A stretch of DNA of 32,000 nt from assembly GCF_000186885.1 (NCBI RefSeq), contig NC_014972.1:2280001-2312000 (forward strand), given 5' to 3'. Each line of letters opens with the position of its first letter. The first letter of the stretch is position 1. This document shows positions 1-10,001 of this stretch, in pieces. Below the pieces are notes generated by a model. The model did not search any database. It was given only the letters and a program-made list of their open reading frames with translations, and was not told the origin of the DNA. This DNA comes from Desulfobulbus propionicus DSM 2032 (GTDB lineage: Bacteria > Desulfobacterota > Desulfobulbia > Desulfobulbales > Desulfobulbaceae). The position numbers were made by a program, and so were the translations under genes.

Positions 1-2
1 AG

Positions 3-38
3 ATCTTTCTCGGCAAGGTCGAGCCGGGCGTGTGGTGA
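3..38 (+). CDS. possible 3' end of an upstream CDS (IFLGKVEPGVW*)
   Basis: Open frame from the window edge to TGA at 36-38; only 11 codons visible. Confidence 0.25.
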   Translation: MFLGKVEPGVW

Positions 39-156
39 GGGAATAAAGAAGGGGTTAGGGAATCTTTCGTCAGGTTGGCGAAGCGGCCAAGTCCTGACCA
101 GAGGAGAGATCGCAACCGCCGGTCGCAATGCACAACGACCCGCACCAGGAGGCCCG

Positions 157-411
157 ATGTCGGATTCAAACAACACGAAATTCATCGACCTGCCCCGTGA
201 ACAACAGCTGGCCGAAGTGCACAGCCGCTTCCAATATCGAGAAGGATCGGGCTGGTACACCGGCGAGGGCGTCTTTGCCGGCAGGGACGAGGCCGATGTC
301 ATCGCCGCCCTGATCGATCTTGAGGACGCGGAGATCAATGCCGTGGGCGACTGCATGACCGGTTATTGCCCTCTGCAGCCGAAATTGGAGGATTTCGTCC
401 GCAAACCGTGA
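157..411 (+). CDS. hypothetical protein, 84 aa
   Basis: Complete ORF with a strong AGGAGG-like ribosome binding site just upstream of the ATG; no family recognised. Confidence 0.6.
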   Translation: MSDSNNTKFIDLPREQQLAEVHSRFQYREGSGWYTGEGVFAGRDEADVIAALIDLEDAEINAVGDCMTGYCPLQPKLEDFVRKP

Positions 412-720
412 CGGGGATGCGCTGCAAGGCGCGAAGGAGGCCGGTTCATCGCCTGACCTCCTATTCCTAGCAAGAAATCCTTGACGTTACAGAATAGCCG
501 TTTGCTTATTGGCCAAGCTGGTCATAGGGCGAACAGCATGACACGACTTGGGCAGCATCGTATCCCGTGCACACGGAAGGGTGAGCGTCTTTTGACGACG
601 TCTTCTTCAAGAGAAGGATCATTCAAAAATAAAAACAACCTATTAATTGCCTAACTAAGTTGCTTATCAATATTATTGTGTGGTCAATATTCTAAAAATT
701 CGAACAGGCGAAGGGTGATC

Positions 721-1239
721 ATGAAAAAACACAATACGGTTAACATGCTTCTCACGAGTTACCTCCTTTTCCTTTTTCCATGTTGTGTTGTCGCGAGTGA
801 GCATAAACAAAACGAAACCAGGCATTTCGACCCTGTAACCAACGGAATTTTTAAGCAAACCTGCGGAGCATGCCATTTTGCTTATCAGCCAGGCCTGCTT
901 CCTTCAGGGTCATGGGAAAAAATTCTTTCCAATCTGCCCTCTCATTTCGGTGAAGAAATCACTTTAGAGGAAAAATCAAAAAACCTTATCAATGAATATG
1001 TGCGAGCAAACTCTGCTGAATACTCATCGGCTAAAAGAGCAAAAAAAATCTTAAAAAGTCTAGCGGGCCAAACACCGTTACGGATTACAGAAATACCGTA
1101 TATCCGTGAAAAACATCGCGAACTGGATGCAAACATTTTTAGTAAACCATCAATTGGTTCCCGTTCCAATTGCATAGCCTGTCATTCTGCCGCTGAGCAA
1201 GGCAACTACGATGATGATTTCGTGAAAATTCCAAACTAA
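721..1239 (+). CDS. periplasmic diheme cytochrome c
   Basis: Start at MKKHNTV with hydrophobic signal peptide; two CxxCH haem motifs (CGACH, CIACH); arrangement resembles the diheme cytochrome c (DHC) family. Confidence 0.85.
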   Translation: MKKHNTVNMLLTSYLLFLFPCCVVASEHKQNETRHFDPVTNGIFKQTCGACHFAYQPGLLPSGSWEKILSNLPSHFGEEITLEEKSKNLINEYVRANSAEYSSAKRAKKILKSLAGQTPLRITEIPYIREKHRELDANIFSKPSIGSRSNCIACHSAAEQGNYDDDFVKIPN

Positions 1240-1394
1240 TTCTTTTGTTACGATTGTTCCCACGCTTTTGCGTGAGAATACAGCACTGGACGCTCCTGCG
1301 TTCCGTCCCGTTTGGTTGATCGACCGGGTAGGGTGCAGGGGAAGGGGTGATTTCAAGTCCAAACAGGAGCAACTGCTTTTCAACCGAGTTTACC

Positions 1395-2612
1395 ATGGAC
1401 AACACCCGATACATCATCGCAGGCAGTTGCATCGATGGCTGGAGTGGTACGGTGCGCAAAGAAATCGTGCTTGCGCTCAAGGACGGGCGCATCACGGCGA
1501 TGGGCGAGCGCAGCGAATTGCCCCGTGATCCAGGGGCGACCGTCGATGACCTCTCCCATTGCACCATCGTGCCGCCGTTGATCGACTGCAGCGTTGCCCT
1601 GGCGCGGTCGCCCGCGATTGATCCGCGGCTACGGGCAGATATGGAGCAAGCCAACCCCGAACGGCAGGCCGCGTTGGTTAATCGGCACATCGGATATTGC
1701 CTGGCCCACGGTGTGCTGGGCGTGGTCGACAGTAACACCCCCGAGGCGTTGCTTGCCCGGTATCGCGGTACAACAGCGCCGGAACAGGCCCTGTCCATTT
1801 GCTCAGCCGGTTGTATCGGCATCGAGAAGGGCCAAGGTGCGACACCCAGGACGCTTGGCCCTCCTATCCACAGAATCGGATACTCCAACGATATCGAACA
1901 GACCGGAATTTCCGAACCGAACTTGGGCGGCGACGCACTGCGCCACCTGTTGGCACAATCCGGGAGTGGCAGGAAGGTGGTGGTCGCCAATGGGCCTCAG
2001 GCAGTGGCCGAGGCACTGGCCGCCGGCTGCGACGCCATCGAGCAAGGCTATCTGATGAGTGAGGAACATCTCAGGAAGATGGCCGACAACCAGGTGCTGT
2101 GGATACCCAGCGTATTGCGGGCAAAAAATGGCCTGGACAGCTCGGGTTCCGGCGGCGATGTCAGTTGTCGTTTTTCGTTGCGGTATGTCGCGCCGGGAAA
2201 AGCACAGCCTGGGGCGGAAGCCTCCTGGAAGGCGTTGCTCACCGATCAGCTCCGACTGTTGGGCCGGGCACGGGATCTGGGGGTGCCGACAGCCGTGGGT
2301 ACCGGTGCCGGCAGTCCTGGCATCCTCCATGGCGAATCCGTGGTGGAAGAGATCAAACTGTTCATCAAGGCCGGCTATTCCCTGGCCGAGGCCATCGGCT
2401 GCGCCTCGGAACAAGGGGCTCGCTTCTTTGGCCTGGAGCAGATCGGCGCGCTGCGGGTCGGCGGCCCGGCCACCTTTCTGGTTACCCGGGGCACCCCTCA
2501 CCAACTGCCGAGAAAACTGGCCTATCTGGAAGGAATCTACGTCGGCGGTGCCCCCAGCCCCATCTACCGAAAGAATCCGGTGAAGAAGGGACCAGATGCC
2601 CCCATCCTTTGA
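1395..2612 (+). CDS. amidohydrolase-superfamily-like protein, probably catalytically inactive
   Basis: Scaffold motifs of imidazolonepropionase-like amidohydrolases are recognisable (VPPLID, KVVVANGPQAVAEALAAGCDAIEQG, GVPTAVGTGAGSP, EAIGCASEQGARFFGLEQIGALRVGGPATFLV), but metal-ligand positions are substituted. Confidence 0.7.
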   Translation: MDNTRYIIAGSCIDGWSGTVRKEIVLALKDGRITAMGERSELPRDPGATVDDLSHCTIVPPLIDCSVALARSPAIDPRLRADMEQANPERQAALVNRHIGYCLAHGVLGVVDSNTPEALLARYRGTTAPEQALSICSAGCIGIEKGQGATPRTLGPPIHRIGYSNDIEQTGISEPNLGGDALRHLLAQSGSGRKVVVANGPQAVAEALAAGCDAIEQGYLMSEEHLRKMADNQVLWIPSVLRAKNGLDSSGSGGDVSCRFSLRYVAPGKAQPGAEASWKALLTDQLRLLGRARDLGVPTAVGTGAGSPGILHGESVVEEIKLFIKAGYSLAEAIGCASEQGARFFGLEQIGALRVGGPATFLVTRGTPHQLPRKLAYLEGIYVGGAPSPIYRKNPVKKGPDAPIL

Positions 2613-2631
2613 TCGGCAAGATCAGGGAACA

Positions 2632-2700
2632 TCGCGGGCATGGCCCGCTCCTACATCCCGTAGTGCATGTGGGTGGGGGAGGAGCGGGCCATGCCCGTGA
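2632..2700. repeat. long imperfect inverted repeat (about 20 bp arms, 29 nt loop) in a convergent intergenic region
   Basis: TCGCGGGCATGGCCCGCTCC (2632-2651) versus GGAGCGGGCCATGCCCGTGA (2681-2700); 19 of 20 positions complementary, the remaining one a G.U pair. Confidence 0.85.
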
Positions 2701-2704
2701 AAAG

Positions 2705-2749
2705 CTTGATCTTCCTGCGTTCCCACACTCCAGCGTGGGAACGATCAAG
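2705..2749. repeat. REP-like palindrome CGTTCCCAC...GTGGGAACG flanked by CTTGATC/GATCAAG
   Basis: CGTTCCCAC (2718-2726) and GTGGGAACG (2735-2743) are perfect inverted copies; CTTGATC (2705-2711) and GATCAAG (2743-2749) are also inverted copies. Confidence 0.75.
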
Positions 2750-2776
2750 TGACTTTGTCGGGAGTGCTCTCCCCCA

Positions 2777-4621
<1,845 letters not shown>

Positions 4622-4763
4622 TCACCGCCCGGCAAAGAACTTTTGCCGTTTGGGTAGACGAAATTACCATTCGGGGAAGCATTACAACCGCTTGGTTGGC
4701 CTGTCAAGATTCTCGGGCCAGCGACGAAGGGGGAGACGACAGCCGCGCGGCAGGCCGGAGAAA

Positions 4764-5705
4764 TCAAAACAGGGGACGCTGGACCCAGCGGCCGGACGCC
4801 GGCTTGCGCTCGGTGATCGTTTCGTTGCCGATAAGCGTGCCGACGAGCAGCGGCGAATGGGGATCATGGGCCGCCCGATTGTGGATGACCGCCTGTTGGC
4901 TGGTGTTGGCATAGCAGTAGCGGCAGCCGTGCGGGCAGGTGTTGTAGGCACCGATATCCACACTGGCGGCGCAGCCGCATGCCGGTCGCTGGCTGCTGTC
5001 TTTGCCTACCCGGAATCCCGGCTGCCCGATCAGCTCGGCCACTAGGCGACCGTCGATACACCGGGCCGCCTCGAAGCCGCACTGCTCCTGGAGCAGGGAG
5101 TCGCAGCAGGCATACAGCCTGATCGCATGACGCTTGGCCAGGGCGGCAAGCCGGGTGGCAAACCGGGTCGCTTCCTCGGGGGCAGGCGGCAGCAGATCGA
5201 TTCCCCGCAGGTTGCGCCTGCATTTGGCATAGAGGCTGAGAAAGCTGACGATGCAGCAGCGGGTGTGGCCGCGCAGGTGCCGCGCCAGCTGATCAAAGGC
5301 CTGCAGATAGTGCTCAGGGGTCAGGGTCGCGGTGAAGACAATCGGGTCAAAACGCCACAGCACCCGGTCCGGGCCGATACGGTCGGCCAGGCGACGGAAC
5401 GTAGCGATCAGACTGGCCTGATCGGGAACCCGCGGTTCCAACTGGAGACCACAGCCGGTGAGGGTAAAGTGGAAGTAATACGGGTAGCCGAGCCGGTCGA
5501 TTTCATCCAGCCGACCGAGCAGCGGCGCCGGATTCTTGGTCCAAAACACTAGGCAATTCACCAGACGCGGATCGAGGAGAACCCGCGAAACCTGCCGGGG
5601 ATTGAAGGGATTGCGGGCCAGTGCGACGCCCGCGTGCAGCCGGTTGAGCAGCCAGTCGCCGTAAAAGGCAGGGATATCGGTCCGCCGGCTGACGCTGACA
5701 ATCAT
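4764..5705 (-). CDS. DUF1848 family protein, probable Fe-S / radical-SAM-like
   Basis: N-term SVSRRTDIPAFYGDWLLNRLHAGVA and C-term CGCAASVDIGAYNTCPHGCRYCYANTS match the DUF1848 signature. Confidence 0.85.
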   Translation of the reverse strand: MIVSVSRRTDIPAFYGDWLLNRLHAGVALARNPFNPRQVSRVLLDPRLVNCLVFWTKNPAPLLGRLDEIDRLGYPYYFHFTLTGCGLQLEPRVPDQASLIATFRRLADRIGPDRVLWRFDPIVFTATLTPEHYLQAFDQLARHLRGHTRCCIVSFLSLYAKCRRNLRGIDLLPPAPEEATRFATRLAALAKRHAIRLYACCDSLLQEQCGFEAARCIDGRLVAELIGQPGFRVGKDSSQRPACGCAASVDIGAYNTCPHGCRYCYANTSQQAVIHNRAAHDPHSPLLVGTLIGNETITERKPASGRWVQRPLF

Positions 5706-5777
5706 GGCCGCGCAGGGCCGGAAGGCGCGCTGCCCCTTCGCGGCGCAACGTGCCCGTGGCGGACGAAGGCGGTCTGG

Positions 5778-6773
5778 TTAGAGGTTGTGCACTTCAAGAT
5801 AGACCAGGGTCTGGTTGAGCAACTGGTAGGCAATCTCGCCAAAGGTGATGGGGCCGACAAAGGGATCGGTTCGGTATCCCTGCAACCCGGAGTAGAGATA
5901 GTTGAGAATGCAGTTGCAGGAAAAGACAATGGTGCGGCCGCCGGGGTTGAGCGTGCGCAGCTGCCTGTTGAAGGTGGCTTCATAGTCGGCGACCGCCCTG
6001 GCGTGCCTGTAGTGGATGCCGGCAAACACTGGCGCATAAAATTCGACCTTGCCGTCGGGCTCGACGTTTTGAAAGCTGGTATTGATCAAGGCGCCGTAAT
6101 AATCGGCCACCAACGGCAGTTTGGTGTCGAGTTCGTTGCGAAGGATATACTGAGCGAAATTTTCCCTGACCCCATTGACCAGTACATCGGTGCAGGAAAA
6201 GCCATCGTTGGGAAAGATAAAGGTGTCCCCTTCCCCCTGCTCAAAGATATTGAGGATACCCACGTCCACGGTTTTATCGGCAGGCAGGGTCACATGCATG
6301 ACCACCGCCTCCTGCGCATGGGCCGTGCCCGAGAGGCCGTTGAACACCTTGGGCGTTGCCGTGCCCATCTCAACGAGATGCACGCCCGCCACCCAGCCGA
6401 CCAACGGCCGGCTGCCAAAATCCTGGTAATGGGGGGCGTTGAGGGCAAACGACGCGTGCACGGAGCTGGCTGCCGGCAGAATAATGAAGCTGAAGTCGCG
6501 TCCTTCGTTTTGGGTATAGATCGTGCCGAGCCGGTGCCGGTCATACACTTCGATGGCCGCCGACGCTGCGACCGGGGTCAGGTCGGTGACGAACAGCTGC
6601 TCACGGGAAACGATCCCACCCTGATCCGAGGTGATGAAATAGGGGATCGTACCACCGATCCATCGCCCCTTGGGTAACTGGCGCATCAGCTGCTCCTCGC
6701 CGGCGAGCAGCAGGGTCCGTCCTGCGGTGATCAGCGGTTCGACCTCGGCGACAGTGAACATATTCTGATGCAT
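5778..6773 (-). CDS. conserved-looking protein of unknown function, 331 aa
   Basis: Complete non-low-complexity ORF; C-terminal block FSCNCILNYLYSGLQG...GPITFGEIAYQLLNQTLVYLEV. Possibly DUF6976-like, from memory and unverified. Confidence 0.75.
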   Translation of the reverse strand: MHQNMFTVAEVEPLITAGRTLLLAGEEQLMRQLPKGRWIGGTIPYFITSDQGGIVSREQLFVTDLTPVAASAAIEVYDRHRLGTIYTQNEGRDFSFIILPAASSVHASFALNAPHYQDFGSRPLVGWVAGVHLVEMGTATPKVFNGLSGTAHAQEAVVMHVTLPADKTVDVGILNIFEQGEGDTFIFPNDGFSCTDVLVNGVRENFAQYILRNELDTKLPLVADYYGALINTSFQNVEPDGKVEFYAPVFAGIHYRHARAVADYEATFNRQLRTLNPGGRTIVFSCNCILNYLYSGLQGYRTDPFVGPITFGEIAYQLLNQTLVYLEVHNL

Positions 6774-6781
6774 GGCGGCTC

Positions 6782-7021
6782 CTACCCGAAAATGGTTTGA
6801 ATGTCTTCCTGCACGGACGGACTGGTTGCATTCTTTGCATAGATGGCATGCAATTGCTCCACCGCATGCTCGATATTATCCGGAGTAGGCGCCGTGCCGA
6901 CCGACCGCATCAGCCGGCCAAGGAGAATTTTGGCGCCAAGCGATTTGAGGACGAATCGTTTCCGGCCGGTGACAATGTCGGCCCAAAGCGGATTGTTTTT
7001 CGGGGGAACAGGAATACGCAT
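6782..7021 (-). CDS. small hypothetical protein (79 aa)
   Basis: ORF ends 9 nt before the start of the 331-aa ORF, same strand; start chosen at MRIPVPPKNN within the larger 6782-7093 ORF. Confidence 0.6.
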   Translation of the reverse strand: MRIPVPPKNNPLWADIVTGRKRFVLKSLGAKILLGRLMRSVGTAPTPDNIEHAVEQLHAIYAKNATSPSVQEDIQTIFG

Positions 7022-7100
7022 CGTCGATGGCCTCCAGAGCACGATCCAAGGGACCCAGATTACTCCATCACGCTTCGCGGTCAGGCATAACACACCTTAT

Positions 7101-7262
7101 ATGGAACACGAATGTACATGGTATTGCCCCTTGGCACAAGATGAAGAAAAAAAGGATGTCACCGGTGACCCGAAACGCTATGAAGTACCTGCCAGATATG
7201 GCACTTTCTTGATAGGATGCAATTGCAGCAAAAGAAGAGTCAATATGCCCCGTACTCGATGA
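7101..7262 (+). CDS. possible small Cys-containing protein (53 aa), perhaps a gene remnant
   Basis: MEHECTWYCPLAQDEEKKDVTGDPKRYEVPARYGTFLIGCNCSKRRVNMPRTR*; plausible composition, but no clear ribosome binding site. Confidence 0.3.
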   Translation: MEHECTWYCPLAQDEEKKDVTGDPKRYEVPARYGTFLIGCNCSKRRVNMPRTR

Positions 7263-7629
7263 GAATATGGGTCAAAAGAACTCGAACTGATTTTCTTTCT
7301 TGGTTGGTTTTTGGTATCATTGCTTCTGACAGAGTTTTTTCCCTTTGTTATATATTGGGAAAAAAGAGTCATTTATACCCAACGGTTTCTGTTCGCCGTG
7401 CCGTCCGCCCCTCCGACAAAAGGTTATCGGCATGAAAAATGCATTGGATTCCGCAGGTTGCGAGGAACGATGTAAGAACCGTCCACGCTCCCACTGCTTT
7501 CCGGGGAAATCAGTGGTCCCTGAAACCCAAGCCAACCCACGCCCCGACAACAGCCGCCTCAGCAATGGGCTGGGATTCGCCTCACTTTTCAACATCATCG
7601 ATCGCGCGTATTCACGCGGAACTGGATTC

Positions 7630-8778
7630 ATGGATATCACCAAATTTGCCATCCCCGAAATCATCTTTGGCCGGGGAAGTCTCAACTATGCCGGACAATG
7701 TGCCTTGCGCCTCGGCGCCAAAAAAGTGTTCCTGGTCAGCGACGAAGGGATCGAGGAGGTCGGATGGCTGCAACGCCTGATGGACGTTCTGGAAAAGGAG
7801 GGCATCAAGTGGGTGTACTACCCCGGCGTGACCTCGAATCCGCGTGACTTTCAGGTGGAGCAGGGAGCGCAGCTCTATTCCAAGAACGGCACCGATGTGA
7901 TCATCGCCATTGGCGGCGGTAGCGCCATGGACACGGCCAAGGGCATTGCCATCATCGCCAGCAACGGCGGCCGGATACGGGATTACGAGGGCGCCAACCG
8001 GGTGCAGCGGCCGCTGCCGCCGATGATGCTGATCACCACCACGGCCGGCAGCGGCTCGGATATCAGCCAGTTCTGCATCATCACCGACATGAAGCGCGGG
8101 GTCAAAATGTCCATCATCACCCGGACTCTGGTGCCCAACATCTCCATTGTCGATCCGCTGATCCTGCGCACCAAGACCGAATCGCTGATCATCCAGTCGG
8201 CGGTCGATGCGCTGGCCCACGCCATCGAGGCCTACATGTCGCGCATTGCCTCGCCGTTCACCGAAATTCACTCGCTTCGGGCCATTGACCTGATCCTGGC
8301 CAACCTGCAACGCGCGGTGGCCACTCGTTCGCTCGATTCCCTGGAGCAGCTGAGCATTGCCTCGGTGTCCGCTTCCATGGCCTTTTCCAATGCCGGACTC
8401 GGCGCCGAACACGCCCTGGCCCACGCCCTGGGCGGCCATTTCGACATGCGCCACGGCATTGTCCATCCGATCCTGCTGACCAGTGTCATGCGCTTCAACA
8501 TGGGCATCAACCCCCAGCGCATGGCCGATATCGGCCGATTGATCCTCAAGCGCCAGGTCGGATCGGATGAGGATACCGCCTTGGCCGGCATTGAGAAACT
8601 CGAGGAATTTTTTGCCTCGTTCGACGTTGCCCTGCGGCTGAGCCAATTGATTCCGGAAAGTGAACGGCATCATCTTGAACCGCTGTGTAAGATGGCGGTC
8701 CATGATGCCTGCAACCTGACCAACCCCCGGCCTGCCACCTGGGAAGAATTTTACCGAATCTGCGAGGAGGTGTGGTGA
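7630..8778 (+). CDS. iron-containing alcohol dehydrogenase (group III)
   Basis: MDITKFAIPEIIFGRGSLNYAG..., GGGSAMDTAKGIAI, TTAGSGSDISQFCII, DALAHAIEAYMS, GLGAEHALAHALGGHFDMRHG metal-binding region. Upstream in-frame codons 7345-7629 are probably not translated. Confidence 0.93.
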   Translation: MDITKFAIPEIIFGRGSLNYAGQCALRLGAKKVFLVSDEGIEEVGWLQRLMDVLEKEGIKWVYYPGVTSNPRDFQVEQGAQLYSKNGTDVIIAIGGGSAMDTAKGIAIIASNGGRIRDYEGANRVQRPLPPMMLITTTAGSGSDISQFCIITDMKRGVKMSIITRTLVPNISIVDPLILRTKTESLIIQSAVDALAHAIEAYMSRIASPFTEIHSLRAIDLILANLQRAVATRSLDSLEQLSIASVSASMAFSNAGLGAEHALAHALGGHFDMRHGIVHPILLTSVMRFNMGINPQRMADIGRLILKRQVGSDEDTALAGIEKLEEFFASFDVALRLSQLIPESERHHLEPLCKMAVHDACNLTNPRPATWEEFYRICEEVW

Positions 8779-10001
8779 TGCCCCACTACACCACCCTTGA
8801 GGACCTGGTCGGCATCGAGCACTGCAAGCTCGGTTTTTACCAGGAATTGCAGCAAAAGGTCGAGCAGCTCAAGGGCTCCAATCTGGAATTGGAGAAAAAA
8901 CGAAAAGAAATTCAGGCGTTGCTTGACGGTATTACCGATTTGATGGTGGTTTTGGCCGAAGACCTCAGCATTCAGCGGGTCAATCATGTGTTCACCGATT
9001 GGTTTCCCGGCATCGACCCCATCGGTCGCTTCTGCTACGAGATCTTTCGCGGCCAGCAAGGCCGGTGCGAGGACTGTCCGGCCTTGCACGCCCTGGACCG
9101 CGATGAAATCGTCAAGGATCTGTGCATCTACAAGGTCAACGACGATTTCAAGCATTACGAAATCATCGCCTCGCCGCTGAAAACCAGCCTCACCGGCGAA
9201 CGTCAGGTGCTGCTGTTCAAGCGGGATGTGACCCTGGAAAAAGAATTCCAGGCCCAGTTTTATCAGGCGGAAAAAATGGCCACCGTGGGAGCACTGGCCG
9301 CCGGCGTGGCCCACGAGATCAACAATCCCCTGACCGCCATCAACGGTTTTGCCCAAGGACTCAAACGTAGAATCAGCCGCTTGCAGGGCAAGATCGACGA
9401 CGACCTGTTCTGCGATTTCAAGGAATACACCGAAACCATCATCAAGGAATGCTTACGCTGTCGCGACATTGTCCAAACCCTGCTGACCTTCAGCCGGCCC
9501 ACGGCTTCCAGTCGCGGCCATGTGAATATCAACCAATGCGTCACCGATACCCTGTTCATTCTCAAGCATCACTTCAAGGAGCAACACGACCTGACGGTCA
9601 AGACCGAGTTGCAGGAAGACCTGCCGGCGATCCTTGGTGACGAATCCCAACTCAAGCAGGTGATCATCAACCTGCTGACCAACGCCCTGGATGCCACCAG
9701 CAACGGCGGCCTCATTCAGATCAAAACCTATAGCGACGAGACCGCCGGGGTGACGCTGGTGATTGAAGATTCCGGCTGCGGCATCCCCCTGGAACTCCAG
9801 GACAAACTGTTTGAGCCGTTTTTCACCACCAAACCGGTGGGCAAGGGCATCGGCATCGGACTCTCCACCTGTTATTCCATTGTCAAAAATCATAACGGCG
9901 AAATCAATGTCACCAGTGTCGTGGGCACCGGGTCGGCATTTCGGGTTTCTCTTCCAGGTATCAACGAAGAATGGACAAAGAAAGATACTCCATCCTGGTA
10001 G
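8778..10001 (+). CDS. PAS domain sensor histidine kinase
   Basis: PAS-like region, HisKA motif AAGVAHEINNPLTAING, N box [34 protein letters not shown]. Start overlaps the ADH stop. Confidence 0.92.
   Translation: MPHYTTLEDLVGIEHCKLGFYQELQQKVEQLKGSNLELEKKRKEIQALLDGITDLMVVLAEDLSIQRVNHVFTDWFPGIDPIGRFCYEIFRGQQGRCEDCPALHALDRDEIVKDLCIYKVNDDFKHYEIIASPLKTSLTGERQVLLFKRDVTLEKEFQAQFYQAEKMATVGALAAGVAHEINNPLTAINGFAQGLKRRISRLQGKIDDDLFCDFKEYTETIIKECLRCRDIVQTLLTFSRPTASSRGHVNINQCVTDTLFILKHHFKEQHDLTVKTELQEDLPAILGDESQLKQVIINLLTNALDATSNGGLIQIKTYSDETAGVTLVIEDSGCGIPLELQDKLFEPFFTTKPVGKGIGIGLSTCYSIVKNHNGEINVTSVVGTGSAFRVSLPGINEEWTKKDTPSW

Noticed and set aside
7200-7225. TGGCACTTTCTTGAT as a sigma-54 promoter for the ADH gene
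   Set aside because: Spacing between the GG and the -12 element is wrong (the required GG-N10-GC is not met) and it is more than 400 nt from the ADH start.
7260-7262. In-frame TGA as a possible selenocysteine codon
   Set aside because: No convincing SECIS-like stem-loop immediately downstream and the position is not in a CxxU-type redox motif; a nonsense mutation or chance is more likely.
7345-7629. N-terminal 95-codon extension of the alcohol dehydrogenase ORF
   Set aside because: The family fold begins at MDITKFAIPEIIFGRG (7630); the upstream frame has no family-like sequence and includes likely noncoding leader.
7612-8703. 363-aa minus-strand ORF
   Set aside because: Antisense to the iron-containing alcohol dehydrogenase, whose motifs are unambiguous.
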